Shown here one piece after another: positions 50,373-63,885 of a DNA stretch of 64,000 bases (position 1 is the first letter of the stretch; each line of letters opens with the position of its first letter). A model generated the notes under the pieces. It saw only the letters and a program-made list of their open reading frames with translations. It did no database searches and was not told where the DNA came from. This DNA is from Okamejei kenojei. Its lineage: Eukaryota. The position numbers and the translations under genes are program-made. The stretch covers positions 56,482,001 to 56,546,000 of the forward strand of contig CM069142.1 of NCBI GenBank assembly GCA_035221665.1, in the 5' to 3' direction.

Positions 50373-53300
50373 GTTTAGACAGATGAGAGAATTTTGCATA
50401 TTTTATAGCTGTTGCCAAATCTGATCGGTAAACTGTTGAGCACATTTTATTTGTACGAATGCAAAGCTACATAATGAGAGTAAACCCCGCTTTTATACAG
50501 TTCTATTATGTTCCAGTCGGGAAAATTATCTGTGGTGTTTTCATGTCTTGACTTCTCAAGTTGAATTTTCCTATAGTGATCAGTTGGTCTATTTTCAACA
50601 ATACAATTGACCTCTGCTTTGGTCGTCCAAGAAATACAAGAGAAAGAAAAGAATGACAGACTGTTAAAAACATCGCAAAGGAAGCAATTGTGGAATTATG
50701 TATACAAATGTTGGCTGTTGCTTTATTTCTTTGATGCAATTTGTCATCCATGTATATAGTAAGCCCTTATAAAGCAGGTCATAGCCAAACAAATTACCAT
50801 TTCAGAAAACTGAAAGGATATGGCACAACTCCTGGCATCTTTTGAATCCAAGTCTCGTCCACTGTACACAGAAGTCACGACAAGCTCGCAGCTGGCATTT
50901 TGTTTTCTTGGACGACCAAGGCGAAGGTCAATGTATTGTAGAAAATAGACCAATTGATTACTTGAGGAAAATTCAACTCGAGACAACGAGACATAAGGAC
51001 TCTACAGATAATTTTGCGGCTGGAACATATTAGAACTGTTTAAAAGAGGAGTTTATTCAAATTATATACCTTTGCATTCGAACAAAAAAATGTGTTGAAC
51101 AGTTTTCTGCAAATAAACTTTAAAATGCTGGCCTAATCATGCAATGTTTGCAATACCACAATGATAACAAGCCTAGAAGTAATACAGAAAAAAATCCAGT
51201 TGTCAGAAATGCAAAATTATAATAATATCTATATAATCAAAACTTGGTTCAGTAGAAATGCTGCAGTTTTATAAGAAATTCAGTCTGTTCTTGGACAGAA
51301 GGATCATTTAACATATAGATTCTCCAATAGTAGTTACTTTTTTAATTATGTTTTAATGGCCTTTGTTTTCACAAATATGTTGTTTTTATAATTTGGAAAG
51401 ATTGGTGAAAAATCAAAGCATATCGGAAAATTAATTCTGTGTTTTAAAAAGATTTTGATATAATCAGCTCTCCATCTGTTTATTCCCTTCTCTGGGAGAT
51501 TTTTTTTCTCTTCTCTACCTTAAGGGATTTTCTCCCATCTTCCACAGCAAACTCGTCATTTCTAAAATCTTTTCATTTATCTTGCTGCAGCAATACCTTT
51601 CAGGATAAGAATAAGGGACTGATATAGATAGGTGCCTGATGGTTGGCTTACATGTTGTGTCCTGAATGGCCACTTACAGTGCTGTTTGTCTATATGACCT
51701 TGACTCTCAACTCTATCCATTTAAATTCCTTGCCAACATCAGTGCTTAGATAAATCATATTTAGGGTTTGTTCATTGGACATGGATATGCTTATATATTC
51801 AGATATTGTTCAGTAGTGTTGTGGATTGCATTGTAGTGTTTCTGAATGATAGGAATGTTGTTCATGTCAAATTAGTAAGGACATTTTTCATTTTCGTTGA
51901 TTTTTTTTTAATAGTATATTTGTTTTGCTTAAATAGGATATTTTATATAATTTCATTATGAATAAATGTTGATGGAATGCAATGGGAAGAATATTGAAAT
52001 CCATGAGAATGGTTTACATAATATAATTCCTATTCTACGTGAAATAGAAAATAATCAATTGGACAGAAGGAGGTATACTGATGAAGCAAATTAATGGAAG
52101 AGACAATTAATTTAATAAATAAGATGAAGAAATAAAAACAGAGAAAGGCTAGAGGTACTCAACAGGTCAAGTGTAATAAAAGTTCATTGGCCTAAACATT
52201 TTTTTCTTTCTCTCTCAGCATATGCTGCCTGAACTGTTGAGTATCTCCTGTGTTTTCTGGTTTTATTTCAGATATGCAACATCTGCATTATTTTGCTGAA
52301 TGAGAAAAGAAAATTAACATGAGACATAATAAAAATTACAGGCAGGATGCAAATAACAGAGACAATCTGTGGATAAAGAAAGGAATTTTAATGCAATTTA
52401 ATTTCTTGATTAGTACGGGTGTCAGAGGTTATGGGGAGAAGACAGGAAAATGGGGTTAGGAAGGAGAGATAGATCAGCCATGGTTGAATGGCAGAGCAGA
52501 CCTGATTCTACTCCTATCACATGATCTTATGAATTTAATTCAAGCACTAATTGGTTAATTGCATGCTATGTTTTATATGTTGGAGATGGTAGTGGCATTA
52601 CCACGTATGTTTAAAGTTGCCATCAAGTAAAAATGCTGCTCTATTGCTCCAAATCTCTACCATAAGATGACATACATTTGTAAGGTAGAATGACCAGAGC
52701 AAAAGGGAAATGTATGATAATAGAAAAATGTCTGTCCTTCACCATCATGCATGAGAAATGAAATATCTACAAGAAAGACTAATTGGATGACCTTTTACAT
52801 TATTACTTATTACCTATTGGTTGATTATCTCCTATGTCAGTTACAGTTAATCTGAAAATCTGATATTAATTATTATGCCGGTAATGTATTTTACTTATAA
52901 TTGCATCTGAAGTGCACCAATGTGGAGATGTTGCAGGAAAACAGAACAGGCAGAAAACCCTTGTTGAAGAACCTGCTTGTGCTCACTCTACAAACTCGAG
53001 TGATAAATTTGAACTAAGCACCATTGCTGCTTTTGAAATTATATGATACCAATAGTTAAATACCTTTATAAAGAAAAAGTAGAAAGATCGAGAAATATTT
53101 CAAAAGAGGTTAGAACTAAGTGGTTTCATTACAAAAGGAATGAAATGGATGTGTATAAATATATATTTAAATGACATTTTGAAATTGACAACATTTTTCT
53201 TATTTTTCTCATTCTTAAGCTGTAGTTGATACATTTCTAAGAAACTACCAATGATTCTTCCAAACAAGTTATATTGAGCTCTAAACCTTAATGTAATTAT

Positions 53301-53464
53301 GATCTTACCTCAGTTTCTAACACTCCTGTCACCAAATTACCTTAGTTCCCAACAATGCTGCCTCTAAAGAGGAAAGTCATGGTTTCAGCTACACTCGAGA
53401 AGCAGCCAAATATTCATAGCCAACCCCTCAGCTACACTAGTGGTATTGTTAGTCCTTCAAGCTC

Positions 53465-53960
53465 TCATCTCTTTAATAGTAGGTCACAGGTTCAAGCCCC
53501 ACGTCAGAATTTGACCAAATAATCAAGAGTAATAGTTTGCTGCAGAGCCGTGGGAGGTTCACATTGTTAAAGGTTCCATATTTCAATCAAATGTCCTAGA
53601 GAGGCTTTATTGCATGGCCAGTTATGTGTATAAGATGCTTATAATACATCTGCCATCTGACATGATAATGACTACATTCTGAAAGCAATTAGTCAGTGAG
53701 TGATTTCTGGTAACTGAAGAATATTAAAGCTAGCATGTACATTTATAATGCATATGTTTTTTTTGTGGTAAATCCATGTAATGGTTCTGATAATTATTTA
53801 TAATCCAATGGACCAGTTCGAAGAAGAGTAGAGGTCTCACAGCATTCTGACCAATATTTTCCTTTACTCAGTCCGGGAACTCTTAGATCACTTGAGATCA
53901 CAGACACAAAACAGCAAAGTTCCAGTGGGGAAATGAATGTGACTGTACTAAGTATCAAGA
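53465..53960 (+). mobile_element. Deu-domain SINE remnant with tRNA-like head
   Basis: GGTTCAAGCCCCAC B-box followed by Deu-like sequence. TTCGAAGAAGAGTAGAGG...CTGACCAATATTT at about 53817-53860. Confidence 0.6.
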
Positions 53961-54477
53961 CCACAGTTGGCTGAGTACACCTTCAAGTAACCCTCGTGGG
54001 ATTTTGATCAATGAGAATCATTGGGAATACTATTCATTGATTGTCATACCTTGCATAGCAATAAGTGACCATGGATAGCCGAGATCAATCTTTTCATTGG
54101 TGACAAAATGTGTAGGAAGGAGCTGCAGATCCTGTTTATACTGAAAATAGACACAAACTGCTGGAGTAACTCAGCAGGTCAAGCAGCATCTCTAGAGGAA
54201 AAGAATAGGTGATATTTTGGGTTACCCTTCCTCATACGGAAATAAAATGGAGGTGATAAAAAGCAAGAACTAATCAGGGGCGGCAACAGATGACATTGCT
54301 GAATTACCCCAAAATAGTTTAGCCTTTAGACACTCTCCTGAGAAAAACCTCCATTGGCGTTTGAAACATTCATGCGGAAGATTCTCAGGACAGTATTCAT
54401 AACTTAATCATTTTCATGCGCTTTGTTAATCAATTTCTTCTATCATAAGGTCAGAAATGGGAATGCTTGCTGATGAT

Positions 54478-54625
54478 AAAAAACATAGAAAACATAGAAA
54501 TTAGGTGCAGGAGCAGGCCATTCGGCCCTTCGAGCCTGCACCGCCATTCAATGTGATCATGGCTGATCATCCAACTCAGTATCCTGTACCTGCCTTCTCC
54601 CCATACCCCCATTCCCCATGATACC
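54478..54625 (-). mobile_element. CR1 (HER1-like) extreme 3' end
   Basis: Near-identical to 54835-54945 and to the reverse complement of 35030-35150. (AACATAGA) tail units. Confidence 0.9.
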
Positions 54626-54825
54626 GCTCCATTCATTTCATTTTCTATTCCACAAACAAAATAATACACTCTATGCCTTCATGCAATAAACCATAGAACA
54701 TAGAAAAATACAGGGCAGAACAGGCCCTTTGGTTCATAATATATGTGCTGAACATGGTACCAAGCTAAAATGACCCCAAGATAAACACAAATACGGGAGT
54801 AACTCAGCATGTCAGGCAGCATCTC

Positions 54826-55512
54826 AATACAGACAATAGGTGCAGGAGTAGGCCATTCGGCCCTGTGAGCCAGCACCGCCATTCAATGTGATCATGGCTG
54901 ATCATCCCCAATCTGTACCCCGTTCCTGCCTTCTCCCCATATCCCCTGACTCCACTACCTTTAAGAACCCTATCTAGCTCGCTCTTGAAAGTATCCAGAG
55001 AACTGACCTCCACCGCCCTCTGAGGCAGAGAATTCCACAGACTCACAACTCTCTGTGAGAAAAAGTGTTTCCTCATCTCCGTTCTAAATGGTATTACCCT
55101 TATTCTCAAACTGTGGCCCCTGGTTCTGGACTTCCCCAACATCGGGAACATGTTTCCTGCCTCCAGCATGTCCAAACCCTTAATAATCTTACATGTTTCA
55201 ATAAGATCCCCTCTCATCCTTCTAATCTCCAGAGTGTACAAGCCCAGACGCTCCATTCTCTCAGCATATGACAGACCCGCCATCCCGGGAATTAACCTTG
55301 TAAACCTACGCTGCACAACTTCAATAGCAAGAATGTCCTTCCTCAAATTAGGGGACCAAAACTGCACACAATACTCCAGGTGTGGTCTCACTAGGGCCCT
55401 ATACAACTGCAGAAGGACCTCTTTGCTCCTATACTCGACTCCTCTTGTTATAAAGGCCAACATGCCATTCGCTTTCTTCACTGCCCACTCCACCTGCATG
55501 CTTACTTTCATT
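54826..55512 (-). mobile_element. Young CR1 (HER1-like) LINE, 5'-truncated ORF2 C-terminus
   Basis: AVKKANGMLAFITRG...LYRALVRPHLEYCVQFWSP...RGDLIET.KI...RGHS...FFSQRVVSLWNSLP with no stops over about 680 bp. Confidence 0.95.
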
Positions 55513-58500
55513 GGAGATAAGGAATGGGTGATAACCCCATCTGCTTGCACATGAACCATTCCCCCCCAATCCTGCAAAGACATTTAAACATGTTGATCAA
55601 TGGGAAACAACATTCACACCACACATTTGCTAGGAGGGGGTCAAACCTCTTCGTTTTAACATTAAATGACATTATTATCATCATTTTCAACAACGTCAAC
55701 ATCTAAAAGGCAACCATTGACTAGACTTTAAAATGCACTATTCTTGTAAATTGTCTGGCCAGAAGAGAAGGCTAATTCAAGAAGGTAATATACCACTAAC
55801 TTCTGAAATGCAGTTATGGATGGATCATAATTGTAGCCTCGAATGTGAATTTGAAAATAGAATTTGGTGCCATTATTATTGGTGAGACAATGGTGTTGCC
55901 AAGATTGGCCAGCGTAACGGTGAGATGAATGTAACCTCGATTCAGCAAAGTCTTATCAAGCAATCATACTTTAATCCCCTTTGTGGGCGAAGGTAGAAAT
56001 CCCTTGCAACGTTACATTCCATGTTTCGGTAGCTTATATCTGCACACGTTGCTCGCCGCTGCTTTCCTCCACAAATTGCTACGTGTGCGTTTATAACGGA
56101 ACTGCCCGTGGTATCGCCGTGGTGTTTCCAATTATTCGTTCCAGGCGGCGAAAGCCGAGCAGTGCCGCCACTGGCAGCAAATGCAATTACCCTTTGATAA
56201 GTTTAAATAAGCAACCTCAATTGTAAATACCGGCACCGCAGCCTTTAATGAGGATATGAAAATAAAGAGAGAATATATATATTTCAAAATCGGAGACAAA
56301 ATTCCAACTGCAAAAACTGGATGAGTATGCCCTGATCACTAATCCAACTTCAGGCGGCGGAGTGCTGGAAGTCTGCTAGCAACAGAGATTGTAATTAGCA
56401 TGCAACGAAAAAGACAAGCTCTTTATATTTTCTTTATGTAAAATTATCCCTTGAGATCTTGTCGAGATAACTAAAGCGCATACTTTGTGATGCAAGTCGT
56501 TAAGTTTGTCCACATGCTTTGTGGTGATTTTAAACCACAAGTGATTTAAAGAAATCCCGTCCTCACATTTCTTCTTGTTGACAGCTCCGCGTATCGCTAA
56601 ATGTTTTTTCCTGCCCCATCAGAAGTGTTAATTAAATGCACTAATGGGCAGACCGGGACAAATAAATTAAGTATTTCTCGACAAAGCACTGCAACATATT
56701 TCAACTGAAACATAGTCGCCCTACCTTGCAGTCAATAAATAGTAATGGGTTGATTGTTTTTGGTGCCATAATATCAATAGTCACAACTGAAGATATCGCG
56801 GCTTAGCTACATGCAGTGCCAACGAACAACTAGTATCATCGTAAAAGTAGGACACACAGTGCCGTGTCTTTTAATAGATAACAAAATAATTTCGCCTAAT
56901 GTGGCAGTATCCTCTGTGGCCCAATTAAAATATTATTTTACAATTAAAATTATATATTTCAGGGACAGAACTATATTGAAGTCCAGATGAAGGTCATTGG
57001 ATCGGTTTGACATTGCCTTGCCTACTCATTTTCTGCTTTATGTTATTTTCTATATATCCGGACTATTTTGGGGTTTGGACTATACAAACGTAAATTCGCA
57101 CTTCTTCAGATGTCGGTGAACATTTGGTTACAATAATGATCACATCTTATAATATCGGTATCATTTGTCGATCTTACTCAGGCCTGAGTTTAAGTTTTGG
57201 TTTATTGCAGTCACTTTTACCAAAGTAAACGGAAAGGCTTTGTTTTGTAGGCTATACAAACTGATCAGATATACTATACATAAATACTACCAAGTCAAAC
57301 TCGAGTACGCTAGAAAACAAACGGGGAGAAGGTTAGGGGTGCAGAATATTGATCTCCGCATTGTCTGCTTTCTCACGCCTTGTGGCTGCTATCACCTAAC
57401 AGAAAGTAGGGGAGCATCAGATGTTATCAGACGCAGAAATATAACCAAAAGCATGTGCTGTTATTTGCAATCTCAATGGCGTAAATGGGGAGAATAGGTT
57501 TGGTGATTTTTTTCTAAACACTCTGAGCCCATTCTGAAGCCCGGGCACTGTATTTAAATGTGAGCCTTGGCGTCCAGTTATTCAAGAAAAAAAAGATTTA
57601 TGTTAATTGTTAATTATACAAATCTACATTTGCGAGCGATCTGCATTAGACAGTGATCGTTCATTATACTACCATAAGATTACATTCGCGTTCACGCGAA
57701 GCAAGACAGTAGTTCCTGTATCCCCCCCCCCCCCCCCCCCTTTGTATACGACCGCTGTGCAAATGTGACCAACCTTTTTGCGATTAAGCCAGCAATATGG
57801 ATCTATTGAAGTTCAGTCAATCACGCCATACACTTTAAAAATAATCACAAAGTGGCGATCTAGTGAGTGTGTATTGATCAAATAGAGCAATTTATCAACA
57901 ATTGAACGGAGCACACACTCCACTGCAAGATCGTTGGTTCCGTGTAGACAATCTTTGTTTGTCAGCTCTGTATAGAGGCTCGTTGTTTTTTAAAACACCC
58001 CCCTCCACCCACACGTATTTCTTTCATTCATCCGAGTAAAATAACCAAATAAACATAGTAACTGCCTACACGCTGTGTCTCATTGCTCTCCCGAACCTAT
58101 CTCGCTCGATTTTGTTTACACTCGATACTAAGGTTTCAAATTAAAACCTCCAAACTAAAAATCGAAAAGCTGCTGCCAGTTATCCACTTGGCTAAAAGAC
58201 GCCTTTCTACCCCGCGGTGACACTTTTGTCAGAGTGACACTAAGTTGTGTAAACAGGCTTTCCCGACGGGGCCATCCAGTCTTTTACTTGACAGTTCGAT
58301 CACCGCTTATTCACTTGGAGCTTCTGAGGGGCGTTCGCTTTATAATTAAAAACAACCGAAATATTTCAGCGAAACGTTTCGCCCCATTAATCCATTTCAA
58401 TAAAACTGTGTGTTTTACGTGCCTCGGTGAATACTATTTAGCAGGATTGTGTATTACGCTCTGACTGTAGTTGCGCTGCGAATTTGCACAGCGACGGAAA

Positions 58501-60323
58501 TTAACAAAACAAAATTGCAGACATTACGTTTATTCATTAAAAAAAAACTAATGTTATTGATTGATCCGGAACGTTGATGACATGAGGAAATCAACATAAC
58601 TGATAGACCATTCCAAGAAGTGCCTTTATTATATTCGCAGTGGGCTGCAGTCTCTAGACCGTCCCGCCCCCTCCTCGCCGCACTTGCAACACGGAGAGCG
58701 TTGCTTTATAATGATTCAAAATGTAAAGTTAGTCGGTGGAAAATTGGGTCTGGACAGCTGCGAGATGTAGTTCCTATAGATTCCGATCTCATCGAGCGAG
58801 CGGGTGCGAATCTTTGATCCTTTTTGTCGTTGCAAGTTGTGGCCCAATACTCTGGGCGGTAACGGTCGATGGACGATGCCCGCGGTCGTTCCCCCCCCCC
58901 CTTCCTTTAAATGTCCCTTTCCAGAGCGAACAGAGTGAGCCGGTGATAAGCGAGTCTATGCACATTAACTGAGAAGAAAGCTGAACATATGATTTGGATT
59001 TAAAAAAATCTTTCTCGCCCTTTTAGCCCTAACCCGTTGTCTACTTTTGCTTAATACTTCCATTTTCGCTGTAGTGTAAAAACGGTGCGTTCGAAGCAAC
59101 CGGTTGCAAAGTAAAGTGTCTTTAAAGATCTCTGTTGTTCTTTACTTTACAATCAATCGTTATGCGGGCCGCTAGTTGCCGTTTAAAACTGCAACTATTG
59201 TGGAAAGAATTGCAAGAAGCAATGTCGTTCATGTAAATAAAGATTTATTTTCTCCGTAACCATGTGTCTTGTTTTTTATTCATTAGATTGCAATTAGGCA
59301 GCCTAGGTGAAGACAGATTTTATGGTGTAGGCAGAATCTAGTAGTTAAGATTTAGAAATCTGAGATTCTTCGGCGCTCATTTTTGTATTAGGGCAATGTA
59401 CGAAGATGTAACGGTTCTGCAAATCAATAATTAAAACAACACAAGTAAATGCAGTTAACATGAAGCTGAAAACGGAAACGATCAGCAGGCCAGGCAGCAT
59501 CTGTTGAAGGAGGAACGGTGTTAACGCGTCAGATTGAAGATCTTTCTTGAGAACAGGAGCGAAAGTTGCGATTCTCGTGCCGATGGGCAAGGCGCAAGAA
59601 TACTGCATAAGCGTACAATATTGACAAGCACGCGTAATGATTTATGTTTTAATAATTTTTAAATATCGATATTTAAAATCCGTTATTGAAAAATGATCAA
59701 ATTGAATTCCACCGGCAGCGGTGAGTCCCAGGTTATCGTTTCTGAAGCATTTAGGCGGTTGGGTCTCAGCCCCCCCCCCCCCCCCCCCCCCCCCCCAACC
59801 CCCCCACAATCCCTTGAAGTGTCTTGTGCAGATATTTGCAAGGGGGATACTGTCGTGACATTCGAGATTTCTTGTGCGGGCTTTTTCGCACTGGCCTCGA
59901 ATTTGATTGCAAGTGATTTATTCGATTACAGATTTTTTTTGTTTTATTTTGGAATTTGAAGTGGGGGCAAGTTCTATCACGTCGTTGATAGAACCGTTTC
60001 TTCCGGAGGGGGGGTGGACATGTAAGGCGTATATGTGTGCACATGTAGTCAAAGGATTGAAACAGCGAAGGTATATTTGTAAGTTCCTCTTTGCCGTTAA
60101 ATTATACTCATTTCGCTTCCCCGCGTTCTTCTCTTTGATATATCCTACAAACTATGAGGTCGGGTCTAGCTGAGCAAGACAGGGTATCCTACAAACCGAG
60201 ATATGAAATGCAAGAAATGGCTTTTGCGTCGTCTTTGGGTGTGTTTTTTTTGGTTGCAATTTCCCGAGCATGCAGTTAAAAAATAATGTTTTTCTCCAGA
60301 CTTTAAATTAAAAGCACACAAGA

Positions 60324-60468
60324 TTTATTTGCTTTTTTAATTAATTTTAAAATCTCGACAGTTAATCCACCAGTCACTTTTTTCTCCAAACGAAATAAGT
60401 AATAAATATTATTTAGCACATATTTTTTTACAAAAATAAAAAGATGAAGAGCATGTTTTGCCTTTATT
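60324..60468 (-). terminator. olig2: Candidate olig2 polyadenylation signals
   Basis: AATAAA on the minus strand at 60463-60468 and 60324-60329 in AU-rich sequence, 1.25-1.4 kb past the stop codon. Confidence 0.5.
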
Positions 60469-61717
60469 TTCTTCCTTCATTTTCTCTCGCGAATGGGAAA
60501 CAAAAAGTGTTATGGTAAGAAGTTACAGGTGGTTCTTAGCAAACAACCCACTTAAGATAGGGGTTGGGGGTGGGGGGGGGGGGGTGTTAAGTGCGGGACA
60601 ACCGTTGATGCGAAATAAAATGGGTTAAATAGCCATCGAGACACCGAATCTGCAACGGAGACAGCGCAGAAATTGTGTAGATGGGGTCACTCCAAGAACA
60701 AATGAAACAACAACAGAATTCTAAACTCACAGAATAGCTCAGGGGTGGGGAGGCCAGCGTAGTGGGATTTGATAATTCGTAAAGGATTCTCGAAGTCGCA
60801 ATAGATATCGCTTACCCATATTTCATAAAATGTAACAATTACTTTCAGGAAAGGTGTACAGCCTTTGTCTTTGCAAATTCAGGGTCGGGGTAAATATTCC
60901 AGGCGCATTGTGATTCTACCTCAAACGCAGGAATGACAGTTCCCAGGACTTGACAACTACACAAGTCACACCGCGAAGTCTTTCGCATAAATTCCCTTCT
61001 CATTGTTCCAGGGATTTAGTCAGTCGACATTTCAGCTGCAGAAATCGACTTGATTATTCTTCCTCGTGATCTTCTGGTCTCTTTATCTTCAATCCGTGGT
61101 CGTTTCATTGTTGAACATGAAGACCTGTGACCCTCGTACGTTTGGTTTAAGAATCATTCAGTGTAACGCTATCACGGGACGGAGCAATATTGCATAAGTA
61201 ATTTCCAGATGTAATTTTTACAGTTGAAAACTATAACCACTTTTCATTGCTGGTGGGTCACTTTACAGAGAGATTCACGTTAAATGAAGCTGCAGTAATC
61301 CCGCTTCCAATGTTTGATTTGACCTCGTTGCAATATGGAAAACAATAGTCCAATTTTCTCCAGAGAGAGAGGGGGAGAGAGGGGAGTGGGGGTGTTTACA
61401 TCTAAATTGAGATGTTTCAAAATACTAGTTATATACCTTCCACCTCCTTGTCCGTTCTCGATTTACACCATCGTTGTAATGAACGGGAACTGAGGCATTG
61501 ATTCAGAAAGGGGTTACTGCAACTTCCTTACAGGTACATTAAAAAAAAAAATTACACCTCACCACAAAGATAACGACTTAACCCGGTGTAAGATTACCTC
61601 GGTGCGCGGATAGGAATAACAAGAAATGACCTGATCTTATAACCTGTCTGAGTTCAAGTGTTCAACTTTTCTAGAGGCGATTGGACGAGTCTCTGCGCGA
61701 GTGGCGATGCAGTTCGT

Positions 61718-62500
61718 TTACTTGCTGTCAGAGGATAATCGAGACATCCCGGCCGTGGTCATGCTGGCGACATGGTGAGGCGGGGGCACCTGACACATGG
61801 TACACGGGCAGGGCATGCCTCCCCAGTGCTGAAAACCGCTGCCCAGCGGGCCGGAGGCCGCCGATGCCGATTTGAGAAGACCATGAGGAGGTCTGATACT
61901 GTTCACGGTTGGGATGCTGCCCCCGGACAGAGAGGCTGAGGTGACTGTCGGGGCCATGATGGGATGGTGAACCTGGTGAGCGGCGTGAGATGCGAGGTGG
62001 CCCGGCAGAGGCGCCCCGCCGTGGCTCAGGGTCCCGCAAGCGGCCGATGGGTGGAAACTGCTGTGGTGGCCACCATAGATCTCACTCACCAGCCTCTTCA
62101 TCTCCTCCAGCGAGTTGGTGAGCATGAGGATGTAGTTTCTGGCCAGGAGCAAGGTGGCGATTTTGGACAGCTTTCTCACAGAAGGTCCGTGGGCGTAAGG
62201 CATGACTTCCCGTAGCCCGTCCATGGCGATGTTCAGATCGTGCATCCGTTTGCGTTCGCGACTGTTGATCTTCAGCCTGAGCTGCTGAAGCTCGGGCTCG
62301 CTCATCTGCTTCTTGTCTTTCAACCTGATGTCCTTGTCTCTCAGCTGCCCGCCCCGCTCGCCGCAGTACTGAGCTCCGCAGTCGCTCTGCGTGGATGACA
62401 CGGTGCTAGTGAAACCCGAGGTCGGTTCGTCCGACAGAAAAATGCTGTCCCCCTCCGGAGAAGACGGCTGGCTCGATATCAAGCTGGCATCGGAATCCAT
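61718..62500 (-). CDS. olig2: Oligodendrocyte transcription factor 2 (bHLH), 260 aa, single coding exon
   Basis: N-terminus [16 protein letters not shown] (triple-serine motif), b[57 protein letters not shown], and C-terminal [21 protein letters not shown]...SDSK are all diagnostic of Olig2 rather than Olig1/3. Confidence 0.98.
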   Translation of the reverse strand: MDSDASLISSQPSSPEGDSIFLSDEPTSGFTSTVSSTQSDCGAQYCGERGGQLRDKDIRLKDKKQMSEPELQQLRLKINSRERKRMHDLNIAMDGLREVMPYAHGPSVRKLSKIATLLLARNYILMLTNSLEEMKRLVSEIYGGHHSSFHPSAACGTLSHGGAPLPGHLASHAAHQVHHPIMAPTVTSASLSGGSIPTVNSIRPPHGLLKSASAASGPLGSGFQHWGGMPCPCTMCQVPPPHHVASMTTAGMSRLSSDSK

Positions 62501-62510
62501 TCGGCGGGCT

Positions 62511-62540
62511 CTAGGAAGGGTGGGGAGAGGAGTTTAAACT
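62511..62540 (-). other. olig2: Splice acceptor of a 5'-UTR intron of olig2
   Basis: Minus strand reads TTTAAACTCCTCTCCCCACCCTTCCTAG|AGCCCGCCGA-ATG: branch-like motif, polypyrimidine tract and AG 10 nt before the start codon. Olig2 genes have a non-coding first exon. Confidence 0.75.
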
Positions 62541-62580
62541 TGCTCTGGGCGCCGCAGACGCTCATACAGAAGAGTGGCTC

Positions 62581-62790
62581 GTCCTACCTCCAGCCTCCCC
62601 CCACCCCCCACCCCCAGGTAAAGCAGAAACGTTATCCGTGTTTGCGGAGCCGCCGTTGGGCTTCTCCTGCGTTTTATAAGCGGGTCGGAGATGATTCGGA
62701 GAGTGTCTGCTATTGTTTCTGGCACCGGACTATCCAATGGTGACAAAGTAACCAAGTACTGAATGGCCGTCTCCTCCAATGCCGGGAGAT
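62581..62790 (-). promoter_or_regulatory. olig2: Candidate olig2 core promoter / short non-coding exon 1
   Basis: TATAAAA on the minus strand at 62672-62678, CCAAT motifs near 62734 and 62776, possible donor GAG|GTAGGA at 62588/62587. The true exon 1 could lie further upstream. Confidence 0.35.
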
Positions 62791-63777
62791 GTGGGAGGCG
62801 CTACCTCCGTTTACAACTAAACAGGAGAAGTGGGAGAGAAGGGGGAAGGAGAAGGGGGGGGGGGGGGGTTCAAAACAATAGCCCGCGTCCGTGGCTGGGA
62901 CATCTGCTAAAATCAGAGTGCGGACAATATGCCCTACTTCAAAAAACAATAATACTTCAAAGCAGTACGGCCTTCATACCCCACACCACTACATCCGCAC
63001 ACGCACACACACACTTAGTTCCAAGCTTTCGTGTCTTCTGCCTAGTTTTTATTCCGTCAACAAAACGGATTGAGAACTAACCGCGCTAGAAGCTTGCATC
63101 AAAACTAGATAACGACAGCTGTAATACTACAAATTCAACCACATTCAAATCTCAATCATGTACTCCGTGGCTACGAAAAGTAAAGCAATATTTCCACCGG
63201 CCCTTGAAAGCATTGCGGCAATTTTAGCAATTCCTTCCTTTCCCTGTGTCCGGGGCAGTTTCTCAGTTTCTCTCAGCTCTCAGCTTTTCACGTCGTTGCA
63301 AAAACCGTGCGCGGTGTTATTCGGTGTGATTTTAAGAATGAGTGGGGGAAAAAAAGCCAAAATATTTTTGATTTTGCACTCCACCATGGAACTAAATTGC
63401 ACGCTCACTCGCAACTTCTAATCTCGAATATGCGCAACACCTGCGGTATGAACTCGAGCGAAATCTGCATGTAATCCCCGAAACGCCTCGATCCTCGGGA
63501 ATGGGGTGGTGGGTCGGCACACGGCCTGGCCTGGAGTGGAGTGGAGGCGGCTTTGGAATTGCAAGAACCGCATCTGCTTCAGCAGAGCCGGCTAGAGAGA
63601 GTTCTTTGCAAACCTTCGAATTCGATTGCAAGACTTGAGGGGGAACGTTGACTCGCAAAAGGAAATAATATCATTTCTTTCTAAGAAAGGACAATACTTT
63701 GAAGACATTTTTGGCCCGCATTAATTGATCCAGCGGGTCGCGATTCATTAGTTACGACATCCAAGCGACGATTAAGC

Positions 63778-63885
63778 GTTTAGGAAGGAACTGCAGATGC
63801 TGGTTTCAACCGAAGATAGACGCAAAGTGCTGGAGTAACTCAGCGGGACAGGCAGCATCTCTGGAGAGAAGGAATGAGTGACATC
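63778..63885 (-). mobile_element. Penelope terminal-repeat fragment
   Basis: TAGGAAGGAACTGCAGATGCTGG...GGAGTAACTCAGCGGGACAGGCAGCATCTCTGG. Confidence 0.85.

Larger units (their letters stand above)
55900..63780. promoter_or_regulatory. CpG-rich, TE-depleted domain around olig2
   Basis: CpG dinucleotides are visibly frequent and there are only a few short repeat remnants, against the dense TE load elsewhere. Confidence 0.65.

Noticed and set aside
54804-55583. 259-aa ORF as a host gene
   Set aside because: It is the C-terminus of CR1 ORF2 read in from and out into flanking sequence.
59693-60044. Poly-Pro / poly-Gly ORFs
   Set aside because: They result from a poly-C homopolymer run.
545-63885. 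Recurring GCTGGAGTAACTCAGC repeats as a CRISPR-like or satellite array
   Set aside because: They are dispersed, occur in both orientations and are traceable to the Penelope terminus at 45228-45324.
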